A DNA stretch of 63,875 bases, counting the filler, from Octopus bimaculoides (lineage: Eukaryota): assembly GCF_001194135.2 (NCBI RefSeq). It is 6 parts of 6 records of this genome, joined end to end, with 100 filler letters (N's around TTAATTAATTAA, not from the genome) between each part and the next. Parts side by side here need not be neighbours in the genome. Positions count along the whole stretch, not along the records: positions 1 to 29,394 come from NC_068986.1; positions 29,495 to 43,781 come from NC_068983.1; 4 more parts are not named here. The stretch is one strand, 5' to 3'. The notes below the pieces were generated by a model, which was not told the origin of the DNA, searched no databases, and saw only the letters and a program-made list of their open reading frames with translations. How positions within the stretch are numbered: position 1 is the stretch's first letter; each line of letters opens with the position of its first letter. Positions 27,104 to 39,130 of the stretch are shown piece by piece. The position numbers were made by a program, and so were the translations under genes.

Positions 27104-28045
27104 TTCCAATGACAAACTGAAAACTTGTCTATAACAAATATAAACTTCAGTCTTGCCTTCCACCTCTCTGTCTCTCATATATCAGTTGGTTTGGATCCTG
27201 TCAATTGTGGTTATTAATTTGATAGCTTCCAGCCTGTAATTGGCTAGTGGTTTACAATGTAGGAATGCTACAAAAATTAATAATTCAATATTCCCATTCT
27301 ATCATCCAATCACAAAATTAAAAACAATTGTTTAACAATATCAGGTACTCCACAATTCCAATCTCAGTGATAGCATTCATCATGCGTGTTGTGCAGTAAA
27401 GAAATATAATAAAAGATGATGAATGAATTGTCATCATCCATTCAGCTTCTTTTATTGGGTGGGGTGGAGGGTGGGGGTACTAAATTTGTTCTGATTAAAT
27501 CTAGAAATTCATACTTTCATTTTAGTGTTTGCTCATTATCTTGCTTTCAAAAGTCATCTAATATCTACACTATATACCATCTTTATGGCCATCACATCAA
27601 TCTTAGCTAATTCTAAATATTGAGGATGTCAAGCAGCACAAATCAAACGAAAAGAAAATTCTAATTCAAAATATGAGAAATTTGTTTCTTAGTCTAAAAC
27701 CTTTTATATTGGTTGCCCTTATAAGGAATAAAAGATATTTAAATGATGAAGGAGGCTTCATTTCGTTTTGGACTTCTGACTGATAATGTCATCATTCATG
27801 TTTGCACAGAAGGAAATCAATTTATTTTTTTTTAAATCACATCAACGATCAGCTTTAGTCTCTTCTCAAAATGCTATTTAAACATGAACCAATGAGCGAG
27901 AATCTCCATTCAGTCACTCAACCTGCTAGAAATACTAGCCAAATCACCCTCAAATCACACCCCGTCATTTTTCAAAAAGGACACATGAACTATGAAAGGA
28001 CTCACCAAAGCCTTATAAATGAATTTGGTAGGCAGAAACTGAAAG

Positions 28046-28278
28046 GTGGTGGTGAGCTGGCAGAAACGTCAGCACGCCGGGCGAAATGCTTAGCGGTATT
28101 TCGTCTGCCGTTACGTTTAGAGTTCAAATTCCGCTGAGGTTGACTTTGCCTTTCATCCTTTCGGGGTCGATAAATTAAGTACCAGTTACGCACTGGGGTC
28201 AATGTAATCAACTTAATCCCTTTGTCTGTCCTTGTTTGTCCCCTCTATGTTTAGTCCCTTGTGGGCAATAGAGAAATA
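28046..28278 (+). mobile_element. Young type C SINE nested in a type A SINE, with 12-bp TSD
   Basis: AGAAACTGAAAG at 28034-28045 and 28279-28290 flanks the insert; type A sequence continues on both sides. Confidence 0.85.
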
Positions 28279-28317
28279 AGAAACTGAAAGAAGCCCATCA
28301 AGAGTGCATTACATACA

Positions 28318-28377
<60 letters not shown>

Positions 28378-29363
28378 ACATTTGCTTCCTTGTCTGCATA
28401 TTGCAAAGTAATTGTGAACATGCATCACCATTATACAAACAACGTCATCTGCTTCTAATCTTCTATAGAAAAGAAATATCTGGCCTTGGAGAACTATTAC
28501 CTTGCTTGGAAACAGGTGATGGTTGACAACAGGAAGGGCATGATAATGATAATAAGCCTTTTAATCATGTTCCAAACATACAGCTTTATAATAAACTAAG
28601 TTACTTCATTAAATCCTTCCAAATTTTGTATGAAAATCGAAACAAGAATTAAATGGTTATGAATTAAATTTGAAACTACAAATATAAAAATATCATTTAT
28701 TCCTGTTCTACAATTTATCTCAATTTTGGGATTTGCGAAATTAGTTTATCACCGCCTATAAGTTCATTAGTCAAACAGATAAAGTGGAGATTAAAATTAT
28801 AACAAATTAAAATGTAGAAATATAATGCTTTAAAGTTTAGCAAATGGTCTATAGTATAGACAAGTTAATTAGTAGTTGTATAAACAAGGGTACCCACTGT
28901 ATGTGAAATTGCACCTATATAATCATCATCAAAGTGAAACAGTAAATCAATAAATATCAGAACCATTGCAATAGTCAGAGACAACTAGCAGGCCTTTATC
29001 CAAGCAGACTCAAAGAATGATTTCAGTAGAGAAATCTCAGAGCTGACTCATTGGCATTATGCCATTTGTAATTTATGCATCACAGACTAAATAAATATTC
29101 AATATTTTTTTTTTTTATTTCATCTAAGAATTTATACAATCCATTTATACGACACATAGTTGCAGACACGAATTGAATAATTAAGAAGCTTGTTTTGCAA
29201 CCATGTAGCTTCAGGTTCGGTTTCAATGTAAGGTACCTCAGGCAAGAGTTTTCTACTATAGCCCCGGGTCAACCAAAGTTGTGAGTGAATTTGGCAGACA
29301 GAAACTAACAGAAGCCCATTGTGTGTGAGTGAAAGTGAATGTGTGTGAGAGAGAGAGAGAGAG

Positions 29364-29394
<31 letters not shown>

Positions 29395-29438
29395 NNNNNN
29401 NNNNNNNNNNNNNNNNNNNNNNNNNNNNNNNNNNNNNN

Positions 29439-29450
29439 TTAATTAATTAA
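29439..29450. other. Assembly linker TTAATTAATTAA (six-frame stop) inside a 100-bp gap
   Basis: Identical 12-mer centred in about 44 N on each side; also at 43826-43837, 52404-52415, 59104-59115 and 62486-62497. Confidence 0.9.
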
Positions 29451-29583
29451 NNNNNNNNNNNNNNNNNNNNNNNNNNNNNNNNNNNNNNNNNNNNATATAT
29501 ATATATATATAGCTCTGTGTTTGTGTACACATATTTCGCTTAGGCATAGCGATACTGACTTTTGTCACTGTAATTTTTTTATA

Positions 29584-30510
29584 CGAGGGGAAGACAAAAG
29601 TTATCCGCAATTCACCATAACATATCTTTATTACTGCCACACTGCCTTCTGCGCATGCGTGCTTAAAGTTGGTGCTATTGTGGTCACGTGATTGAAGTTT
29701 GGGCCTGATAACGCCATTTTTCTTTCTGGCTTTACAGCGTAAGCATGACCGGCCAAGTGTGACGCCCGAATAGGGAGCAGGATGCTCGTCAACCTCCACC
29801 ACAGACGAGAAGATTCAGCAAGATCGAGAGATGGTAATGGTGAACCGGCAAGTTATCATCGATGAGGTAGCTCGTTCTCAGCAGATTAGTCATGGTTCTG
29901 CTCATCAAATCATCCACGATGAGCTCGGCTTCCATAAAGTCTGTGCAAGATGGGTGCTCTACTGTAGAGCAAAAGCTCAAACGTCTTGAGTTCTGCCAAC
30001 GTTTACTCGATCACTACAACAATAAGGGCGAGGAATTTCTTAAGCAGAATAGTCACAGGAGATGAAATGTAGGTCCATCGTTATGAGGCAGAATCTAAAA
30101 GACAGAGTATTGAGTGGAAACATCCTGGCTCACCAGCGACGAAGAAATTCAAGACTCAGGCTTTCGCGGGAAAGGTGATGCTATGCCTTTTTTGGGGACT
30201 CGCCTATACTGGAAGGCTAGCTGTAAAAGGGGTGACCGATCAACAATGCAAGATACAATACTTTGCTGGCCAACAAAATGAAACCAGTAATTCGCATCAA
30301 GCACCGAAGCCTATTGTCGAAGAAAATGTTGTTGTTGCATGACAATGCACGCCCACCACGGGCGCCGAGACTGTTGAGACTATTAACCAATTGAGGTGCT
30401 GGGACACTCTACCTACAGCCCAGATCTCACCCATTCCGACTATCATATCTTTGGAGCGCTCAAAGATGGTTTGCGAGGTCGTCGATTTCCTACGGATGAA
30501 GATGTGAAGG
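29584..30510 (+). mobile_element. mariner (DD34D) transposon, internally deleted and degenerate
   Basis: TA|CGAGGGGAAGACAAAAGTTATCCGC 5' TIR; ELGFHKVCARWV, IVTGDEM*, LLLHDNARP, YSPDLTHSDYHIF; 3' end lost in a gap. Confidence 0.9.
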
Positions 30511-30874
30511 NNNNNNNNNNNNNNNNNNNNNNNNNNNNNNNNNNNNNNNNNNNNNNNNNNNNNNNNNNNNNNNNNNNNNNNNNNNNNNNNNNNNNNNNNN
30601 NNNNNNNNNNNNNNNNNNNNNNNNNNNNNNNNNNNNNNNNNNNNNNNNNNNNNNNNNNNNNNNNNNNNNNNNNNNNNNNNNNNNNNNNNNNNNNNNNNNN
30701 NNNNNNNNNNNNNNNNNNNNNNNNNNNNNNNNNNNNNNNNNNNNNNNNNNNNNNNNNNNNNNNNNNNNNNNNNNNNNNNNNNNNNNNNNNNNNNNNNNNN
30801 NNNNNNNNNNNNNNNNNNNNNNNNNNNNNNNNNNNNNNNNNNNNNNNNNNNNNNNNNNNNNNNNNNNNNNNNNN

Positions 30875-30932
<58 letters not shown>

Positions 30933-30934
30933 AT

Positions 30935-31560
30935 GTGTACCAATTTGGCAAAATCTTGGTAACCAGAGACAGTGTGATTAATTGTTTTTCTATAGCTTGC
31001 GCATATTGTACCATTACTTTTAGAACTTCGTTTCATCATGCTTTACCTAATTTCTGGTTGTAATGATTCTTTGTTCGGCGCAATGGAGGATCAATTTATC
31101 TCAGATTTGAGTCTCAGTCGGTGATGTGATTTTTCTTCGTTTATTGCTATTCTGTTTAGTCTTTATTTCAGCTGTTAGTTATTTAGACGTTTTCCTGTCA
31201 TCATTTTAGCATGGCCGTGTGTAGCTCCGTTTGTAGCTTAGATTTTATTTTTTTTTAACAATTTCTGTTATGATCCGCTTTCCCCTAGTAAATGATTACC
31301 ATTTCAGTTACTGTTTTGTATTAGCTGGCTTCCATAAAGACTGAAAACGTTTCAATTTCGCAAGTGACTTTTTTTTTGCTTGCAATTCTTTTTATGTTAT
31401 CCATTGCTTTGTGTTAAATGTGTTTGTATATCTATATAAGATATTTTTTAATAGTCTTTTGTTTGCAGAAATCCTCTGTCCAAATTCGCGGTAAATACAA
31501 TACTACTACCAGATTTTCGGTTGTGCACTTTGAATGCAGCTAATATTTTATTGTTTTTCT
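30935..31560 (-). pseudogene. Degraded R4/Dong-like LINE fragment (zinc-knuckle region)
   Basis: IITTRN...SNGTICASYRKTINHTVSGYQDFAK resembles the C-x2-C...ETINHIVSGC motif. Confidence 0.55.
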
Positions 31561-32939
31561 GTCTAGTCTTCCTAACTAATTTAGTGTCCAGTCGAGAAAT
31601 TTATGACTATAACCTTTTACTAGAACAGAGAAATTATTGATGACGTTTACGTTAGATTTCTTTTGTCTGCATTTAGCTGTATTTTATGAATTAATCTACT
31701 GTGTCTATCGGCGGAAAGAACATGTTCAGAAAATGCTTACGCCGTAAATCTCTTTCAACGTAAATTATGCAGACACACAGACACGCACACAGACACAGAC
31801 ACAGACACACACACACACACACACACACATACACAGACACAAACACACACACACACGCACACACATTGGCCTGATATTTCTATAAAACCCCATGTCTTAT
31901 ACTACACTGATACTTTTGTGCATCTTGGAAGCTTAATCTCTAGTGAGGCATCTTGGACTGAAGAGCTTAGGAATACAAACACGCCTCTTCTGTATTCGAA
32001 CAACTGTGTGAGTTTGTCTTCTGAAATCGAAGCCTTTGCTGTTTTTATGATGATCAATGTTTACCTAGCTGCCTGTATTTCAGCACATTAGTTACCTGTA
32101 GCGTACCCTTACAGCCAATCATCTGGTAGGATAAAATTTCTCTTACAGAAATTCCCAAATCTGCGCAGTTAATCAATGCCGAAGCATTCGTATTGAAATG
32201 CATTCCTCGCTGTACTGGGTGCGCAATCCGCATGGATGAGCTCAATCTTCTAAGAATAGTGATCTAGTGTGTGCTGACAAAGTGCCCTCGTTAACATTGT
32301 GGAAAGGCTTATTGAAGATCAACTATACTGCCCGTGCGGTTCCTGCAAGGACCTTCAAAAACTTGCTGCAGATTAAAAGTTGTAGTGATGTGTTTCCAAT
32401 GCACAAAACACGAAATTCAAATGCACCAAGCAATAGGACGGACGAAGGGCTATCTCTAACCATTGCCAAGTTCACTCAGCGAACATAATACCGTGTAACA
32501 TTATTTTTTTCCTTGTGGATAGCAGCTGTTATTTCCTATTTGCTTACGCCTAGAAAGTTTAAAACATGGGTATATCCTTCAAACTTTGCTTCTGTTACAT
32601 TTATTCAAAGCTCAAAGAATCCCTCTCAACACATGGGTATGATACTCCTCCACTACTGCTCATGACCAGCGATGCACACATTGTCAGCCACTAAGGGACA
32701 CACTCAAGGGATTATGGTCAAGCAAGTGACGAGCAAATCTGTGATATTGAGCAGAATATTTGCTATAACGATACTTCTGCTTCAGCGACTAAGCACTGAA
32801 TCTGTCTGAAATGTAATAGAAAATAGTTCAGTTTCAAAACATTGATGTCCAGGTCATAAAAACCAAGTTTGAAGAGAAGAGTAATGTTTTCCTTTGATTT
32901 CTAGATAGAACCAAATAGGAAATAAAACTTACTGACCAA

Positions 32940-32985
<46 letters not shown>

Positions 32986-33239
32986 AAAGTTTTTTAAATA
33001 GTGTAATCAAAGCAGTTCTCTGATCTGTCTCTCTCATGTTCGTCTTGCACTGCATCTACTGACCCAACAAGAACGCGGTGGTAATGTAGATGGGAAGGGG
33101 CAAGACATGCGATAAAACATTCCTTTAACTAACAAAACCATCAAAAGTAGGTTCGATGAAATAGTACGTGAACGTTGATTTTCCATAGAGCTGTTGGTGA
33201 TAGTATCACATTATTAATTACATATGTGATATAATTGGA

Positions 33240-33720
33240 CGATAATACTTATCAAATGGAAATGATTTTTAACAAAAACGTAGAAGCAAATACAAGAGTT
33301 GAGCATGTTTTTACTTGTCCTGATTAGCTATTTTTTCTGAAAACATTATCCCTATTGCTATTATTCCCTGTGCATTCGACTGAACTCCCAGTATGGCTGG
33401 TTGATATAGGGGTTTATATAACATTTAAAAAAGAAGTTTTAAATGCCGTTGCCATTCGCATCAAAATTCATCGTCAACATTTTGTTGCCAAACCTTACAA
33501 ACCAGACTTGTATCAGTCGCTCCAGATTGCAGCAGAGATAATCAATAAGATCAAGTCAATAAAATCTGATAGAATATTTCAACAACTGTGATTTGAAAAG
33601 AAGCTTTCATCATGAAATATGTCTTTCCAATAGTAACCATCTGTGCCAACTTGTAGAACTACAGTCTTCAAAAATTTCTTCAGTGTGAGAACTTAGAATT
33701 ACTGACAAGAGATTGAAAAG
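33240..33720 (+). pseudogene. hAT (Buster/Charlie, ZBED5/8-like) transposase fragment
   Basis: FKKEVLNAVAIRIKIHRQHFVAK...SLQIAAEIINKIKS..DRIFQQL corresponds to the CxxH-motif region of Buster transposases. Confidence 0.75.
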
Positions 33721-34247
33721 TTAAAAATTTAACATTTTAATCGCATTAATCACTGACTTTAGAGAAATAATGTGATGCATAGGGATGCAAAATGTATCTT
33801 CTTCTTTTTTTTCATTGGGAAAATGCAGTTTTAACCTTGTCATGTCCTGCGCCACGATTTGCGTTATTTCACGCAACTGTTTGGTATTGCAGAGGAACTG
33901 TGAGATAATCATTATGTGCATTTTATACAAAACTTTAAAAAAATTGCTTCAGATGACTTGGGGCCGCGATTTATGTTGTTTCATCATTATTTAAAGCTTT
34001 TTCATCGGTGTGGTTCGCTTCTGATGTATTTTGCCGCTTATAAAGTCTTTTTTTCTTTTCTTTCTAAACCTTTAGTACTGAATTATATTAGACGTACACG
34101 TGATACTTTGTATTAGTTTTCAATTTGTATCATGTCACGTACTCTTTGTGATAGTTAAATTCAAACTATCTCGACTTAAGGTAGTGATTTTAGAACACTG
34201 ATAGTAATATTTATTTATTTATTATTTATTTATTTAACGAATTGTTA

Positions 34248-34572
34248 GCGCTAAGCAGTGTTTATGCATGAGCTGAATTTAAGTTAGTTGAAATACGTTT
34301 GTGACATATTTCAACTGCTAAAAGGCAAATGCACTGCAGTTACCGTGGAGAATATATCTCTCTTATGGTAAAAAGGTGTGGAAATACCCGGTTCGTTCAG
34401 TGTCGACATCTGTTAGGAATCCCAGACATCGATGTTTCAAGCTTCTTGGCTCTTGTCGATGAGATGTAGCTAAGAGAGGCAACTCTGAACGAACTTATAA
34501 AACCATAGCTTTATGTATGATTCATATTTCAACTAACCTAAATTCTGCTCATGCCTAAACACTGCTGAACGC
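34248..34572. mobile_element. PIF/Harbinger (Tourist-like) MITE, 325 bp
   Basis: TTA TSD at 34245-34247 and 34573-34575; imperfect TIRs of about 48 bp (gcgctaagcagtgttta... / ...taaacactgctgaacgc). Confidence 0.7.
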
Positions 34573-34634
34573 TTAAACTTCGTTATTTTCCTCGAACAGG
34601 CGATCTACTAGCAAAAATAGGTCAACGTGTTGAC

Positions 34635-34874
34635 TGAATCATACATAAAGCTATAAGTTGGTTCAGAGTTGCCTCTCTTAGGTACACCTCATCGACAAGA
34701 GCCAAGAAGCTTGAAACATCGATGTCTAATAGATGGTGACACTGAACGAACCGGGTGTTTTCACACCTTTTTACCATAAGAGATATATATTCTCCGCGGT
34801 AACTGCAGTGAATTTGCCTCTTAGCTGTTGAAATATGTCACAAACGTATTTCAACTAACCTAAATCCTGCTCAT
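34635..34874. mobile_element. Second, inverted and truncated copy of the same MITE
   Basis: Reverse complement of about 34267-34525. Confidence 0.85.
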
Positions 34875-35009
34875 TTGGTTATTCATTTATTGAGTCTAAG
34901 CTTTTCAATTTTCTTAAATTTCTGTTTACAATATAGAAACTAAAGTTCATAACTGGGATGACTAGTCTATTTACACTTACCTTATTTCTAATATTGGTTT
35001 CAAATGTTG

Positions 35010-35460
35010 ACACAATTTCAGAGGAGGAGATAAGTCGATTACATTGATTTCAGGGTTCAACAAGGTACTTATTTTATTGATCCAGTAAAGTATGAAAAGT
35101 GAAGTCGACTTCAGAGGAATTTGAACTTGGAACTTAAAGACGGTCAAAATGCCGCTAAGCATTTTCTCCCGCGTGCTAACGATTCTGCCAACTCACCGCC
35201 TTACCTTAATTCTAATACTGAATTGAGATTTATGAGGCGGCGACCTGGCAATACCGTTACTCCTCCGGGTAAAATGTTTGGCGGCATTTTGTCTATCTTT
35301 ACGTTCTGCATTCAAATGCTGCCAAGGTCGGCTTTGCCTTTCAACCTTTCGGGGTTTATAAATTAAGTACCCACCGAACACTAGGGTCGATGTAACCGAC
35401 TTAATCCCTCCCTGAAGTTGCTGGACTTGTGCCAAAATTTGAAACCAATACTGAATTCTA
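35010..35460. mobile_element. Cluster of type C SINE copies in mixed orientation
   Basis: gtcgacttcagaggaatttgaact (minus) and gtcggctttgcctttcaacctttcgggg (plus). Further copies at 19585-19795, 37255-37635 (two tandem), 50345-50560, 54005-54210, 62815-62925 and 63628-63690. Confidence 0.72.
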
Positions 35461-35659
35461 ATATCAGTACATTCTTTGTACTTTTTTTTCCATAAGTTCT
35501 TTTTCATTGTAGTCATGGTTTTAGTTGCTTCTTCAGGGTTATTCCTTCCAGTAACTTTTTTAAAGGGAACAAGCCTGAGTAGAATTGTACGTGGGATAAC
35601 GAGCCTCACTGAAGGATTCTTCCTTTTGTGGACATATTGCAGGTCCATGTGTGTTCTGC

Positions 35660-36555
35660 ATTCATGGGTTTGTTTTCCACTGTCACATGATGTACCTTGT
35701 TAGTATTGGAACGTCTATATTTATATGGAGTGGCTTCAATTTCTGAGTGAAAATAGTCTTCACAATTTCTTTTTCAATTCTATTTCGATACTCCCAACAT
35801 TTTATGTAAGGTATTGTTTCAGAAAGTCTCACTCTATTTTGATGAGATCTGGTCACTATGGACTGTACCAACGATACTAAACAGATTAAACCATTCAATG
35901 TGTTGATATTTGAATTGTTTGTTTCCATGGATAGAATTTATTGCAGTACCTATCTTGGTACTGCTTGTTCGTGTATACCTTTCACTGGAGTTTCCATTGA
36001 TCCATGTTCATCGATTTCGTTATATTCACCTCTGCTATGTTTCTTGATTTTGTTAGGCTGTCTTCAAAGTTAGCTGTGGTTGATCTGTTATGGTGTATGA
36101 TTTTATTCTGTTTATTGGTAAGTACGGGATCAAGAGTGCATTTTTGTTCTAACTTGGTGTTCAGTTGGATGCTTCCATAGGAAGTTCTGTGATTTTCATC
36201 ATAATTTTAGTTTTTAGTTCATTTTACATTTAATCTCTTTTTGTTTTCTTTTTTTCTTTTTTTTTTGTATGTGATACTTTTGTTGTATCTCGAGGGCTCG
36301 GCCTTTTCAGTTGATTTTGTTTCTTCTGTTCTGGAGGCTTATGTGTTTTGTTGTAATATTTTCATTGGTTTGTAGAAGCAAAACCGTTTTGTTTACTCTC
36401 AGGTATTTGGTATACTTTCAGATTGTATTCTTTCTATGAGCCGTTCTATTTTATGTTATGATTTTTTTTTTTATAGTTTTTCTTTCCGTACATTTTGCAT
36501 ACCATTAGAATTTTCTTTTTCTAAAGTTTTGGGTTCGTTTTCTCGATCTCTACAG
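35660..36555 (-). pseudogene. Possible degraded Penelope-like fragment (GIY-YIG end)
   Basis: IPYIKCWEYRNRIEKEIVKTIFTQKLKPL resembles a PLE C-terminus (FIxKFKPxLN); weak. Confidence 0.4.
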
Positions 36556-36863
36556 NNNNNNNNNNNNNNNNNNNNNNNNNNNNNNNNNNNNNNNNNNNNN
36601 NNNNNNNNNNNNNNNNNNNNNNNNNNNNNNNNNNNNNNNNNNNNNNNNNNNNNNNNNNNNNNNNNNNNNNNNNNNNNNNNNNNNNNNNNNNNNNNNNNNN
36701 NNNNNNNNNNNNNNNNNNNNNNNNNNNNNNNNNNNNNNNNNNNNNNNNNNNNNNNNNNNNNNNNNNNNNNNNNNNNNNNNNNNNNNNNNNNNNNNNNNNN
36801 NNNNNNNNNNNNNNNNNNNNNNNNNNNNNNNNNNNNNNNNNNNNNNNNNNNNNNNNNNNNNNN

Positions 36864-36872
36864 CACCACCAC

Positions 36873-36922
<50 letters not shown>

Positions 36923-36930
36923 CCACCACC
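36864..36930. repeat. (CAC)/(CAT)n microsatellite
   Basis: Directly visible. Confidence 0.95.
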
Positions 36931-36934
36931 GTTG

Positions 36935-37180
36935 CCGTTTTTGATTTGCTTCTTGTTTCTTTACCAAGTCAATCCGTTTTTCTTATTTCTAAGTATTTTT
37001 GTAAATCTATTATCTCTGCTTCATTATAATTCTCGCTTTGTATTAAGTTCTTTCCACCCTGTGTGCGAGTAGGTAAATATTTCCTACACACATCGGCTAT
37101 AGCATGGTGGATCCGGAATTACGAGTAGTTTTCTCGTTTTCCTGCCTAAATAACACTTACTTTGTATTTTACTATATTAG
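36935..37180 (-). pseudogene. R4/Dong-like RT thumb fragment
   Basis: Frameshifted RKTTR...ADV..IYLLRTQGG..LIQ...LQKYLE. Confidence 0.45.
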
Positions 37181-38379
37181 AATTATAGTTTTTCACTGGG
37201 ACAGTTAGTATATTTGCAGCTATTATCTTATTTGTATTATTACTATTAGCCTAACTCAAGGCAGCGAGCTGGCAGAATCGTAGGCACACCAGGCCCAATG
37301 CTTAGCGGCATTTCGTCCTTCTTTACATTCTGCGTTCAAACTTCGCTGAGGTCGACTTTGCTTTTCTTCCTTTCGAGGTTGATAAAATAATTACCAATTG
37401 AGCACTTCGGTCGATGTAATCGACTTACCTTCTCCTCGAAATTATTGGCCTTGTACCAAAATTTTAAACTAATATTAGTCTGATTCAATGCGGCGAGCTG
37501 GCAGAAATGTTACTACGCCGAGAAAAAAATGCTTAGCGCCTTTCGTCCGTCTTTACGTTCTGAGTTCAAATTCTGCCGAAGTCGACTTAGCCTTTTATCC
37601 TTTCGAGATCAATAAAATAAGTACCAGTTGAGCNNNNNNNNNNNNNNNNNNNNNNNNNNNNNNNNNNNGATAGCAATCTGATTCTTATTTTCTAATTTTA
37701 TCTTCCTTTTATATTTGACTTTCTGAACTATGATTGTAAGTTTAATTAATTTTTCTTCTTCTTAGAATAACTTTGGCCCATTTGTGGAATCCAATGCTCA
37801 TGATTTATCCCAGTTTAACTTACGTACAATTTTTCGTTATCTATTTGGTCATTGTTCTGTGGGTCATGTAAAATAAGTTTAAAAAAGAGAGAATTATTTA
37901 TAATCTGTTATTGATCATTTATATCACTTTTCAAAGCTCTGATTAGGCTTGGAATGCAGGCTTAGAATTGTTGTTGCAACTATAAGGTGAGGGAAGAGCA
38001 TAAGTTTCATCACCGAACCCGCAGAGAAAGCCTTGAGATATCTTTAAATAAAGGAGGCATATCGTGGCTTGTTTCTATTGGGATGCAAGCTGGGACTTTA
38101 TCAATTCCGTCTGCCTCAACTGCGCAAAGGGTTCTGTTGTTGGAAAACCCTAAATGCATCGCAAAACCACCAATGGATGTATCTTTAAAGAGAACATTTC
38201 CGTTCGTCGTTTCATTCATAACGTTGAGTCGTATATATTTGTATATTAAAGCGTAAACAGTTCATTGGTTAGTGGTCTGGAAGTACATCGTGTGTTTGTG
38301 TTTGGAACTCAATTTTTTTCCATCTTGTACCATAGTTCTTGTTGCTGTACACACGTGAATTTAACCAAGAGTCGGAGAC

Positions 38380-39130
38380 ATTCAGTTGCTTAAGTGACGC
38401 CCTTGTTATAAAAGTAGTAAGTAAAAATACTCTGTAAGTTGTATTATTGGACTGAAATTGTCGAGTGTAGAATTTTTGCTCTCCCAATTAGAGCTACTTT
38501 TCATATTTAAACCAATGTACCAACTAGTATCTCTGATTTTATCTTTTAACACAGAATTTTTCTTTACTGCCATTTCAAAATCAGTGAGCTTTAACAAATG
38601 TCTCGTTTATGAGAATCGAGATATCCGTCAAAATGCATATTCTTTTTTTTTTCTACCTTTGTTCGCGATATATCATTGTTAGTGCATATATCAAGGAGAA
38701 CTACTTCAACGTTAATCTTCTGTATAGGTTAGTTATTCCATAATGAAGGTTAACCATATGAAGCTAACCTTCGTATAGCTTTTCTATATCAAGGCTAAAC
38801 TTGATATTGCATTGTAACCATATCATTGATATACCATTTATCTTCAAGTTTGATGCCTGTATGTTTTTAATGGATATAATTATTTATCCAATTATTTCTA
38901 TGAATATATTATAATCGATTTTTTTAGTACTGGGTAGCTGATAATGATTTGATCAATTGTTTCCTGATGTTCAATGAAAAATCTGGTGTTGACATTAAGG
39001 CGCTTGTTTTATTACATCATTGTCGTAATTGTTTTGTGGTTGGGCATTAACTTTGTGCAGATAAACCTAGACATTCCTTTTATGCATTTAGTTCTGAGTT
39101 TTTGAACTACTCTTGACTTTTACATTGGTT
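38380..39130 (-). pseudogene. Old R4/Dong-like LINE 3' fragment
   Basis: Degenerate AQ..CPT.NY / ETIDQII / EMAVKK..VLK. motifs, collinear with the copy at 41375-42065. Confidence 0.45.

Noticed and set aside
29439-29450. Recurrent TTAATTAATTAA palindrome (five copies)
   Set aside because: Always centred in N runs totalling 100 bp; an assembly linker, not biology.
32050-32500. GC-richer stretch possibly from a LINE RT
   Set aside because: No diagnostic motif could be read reliably.
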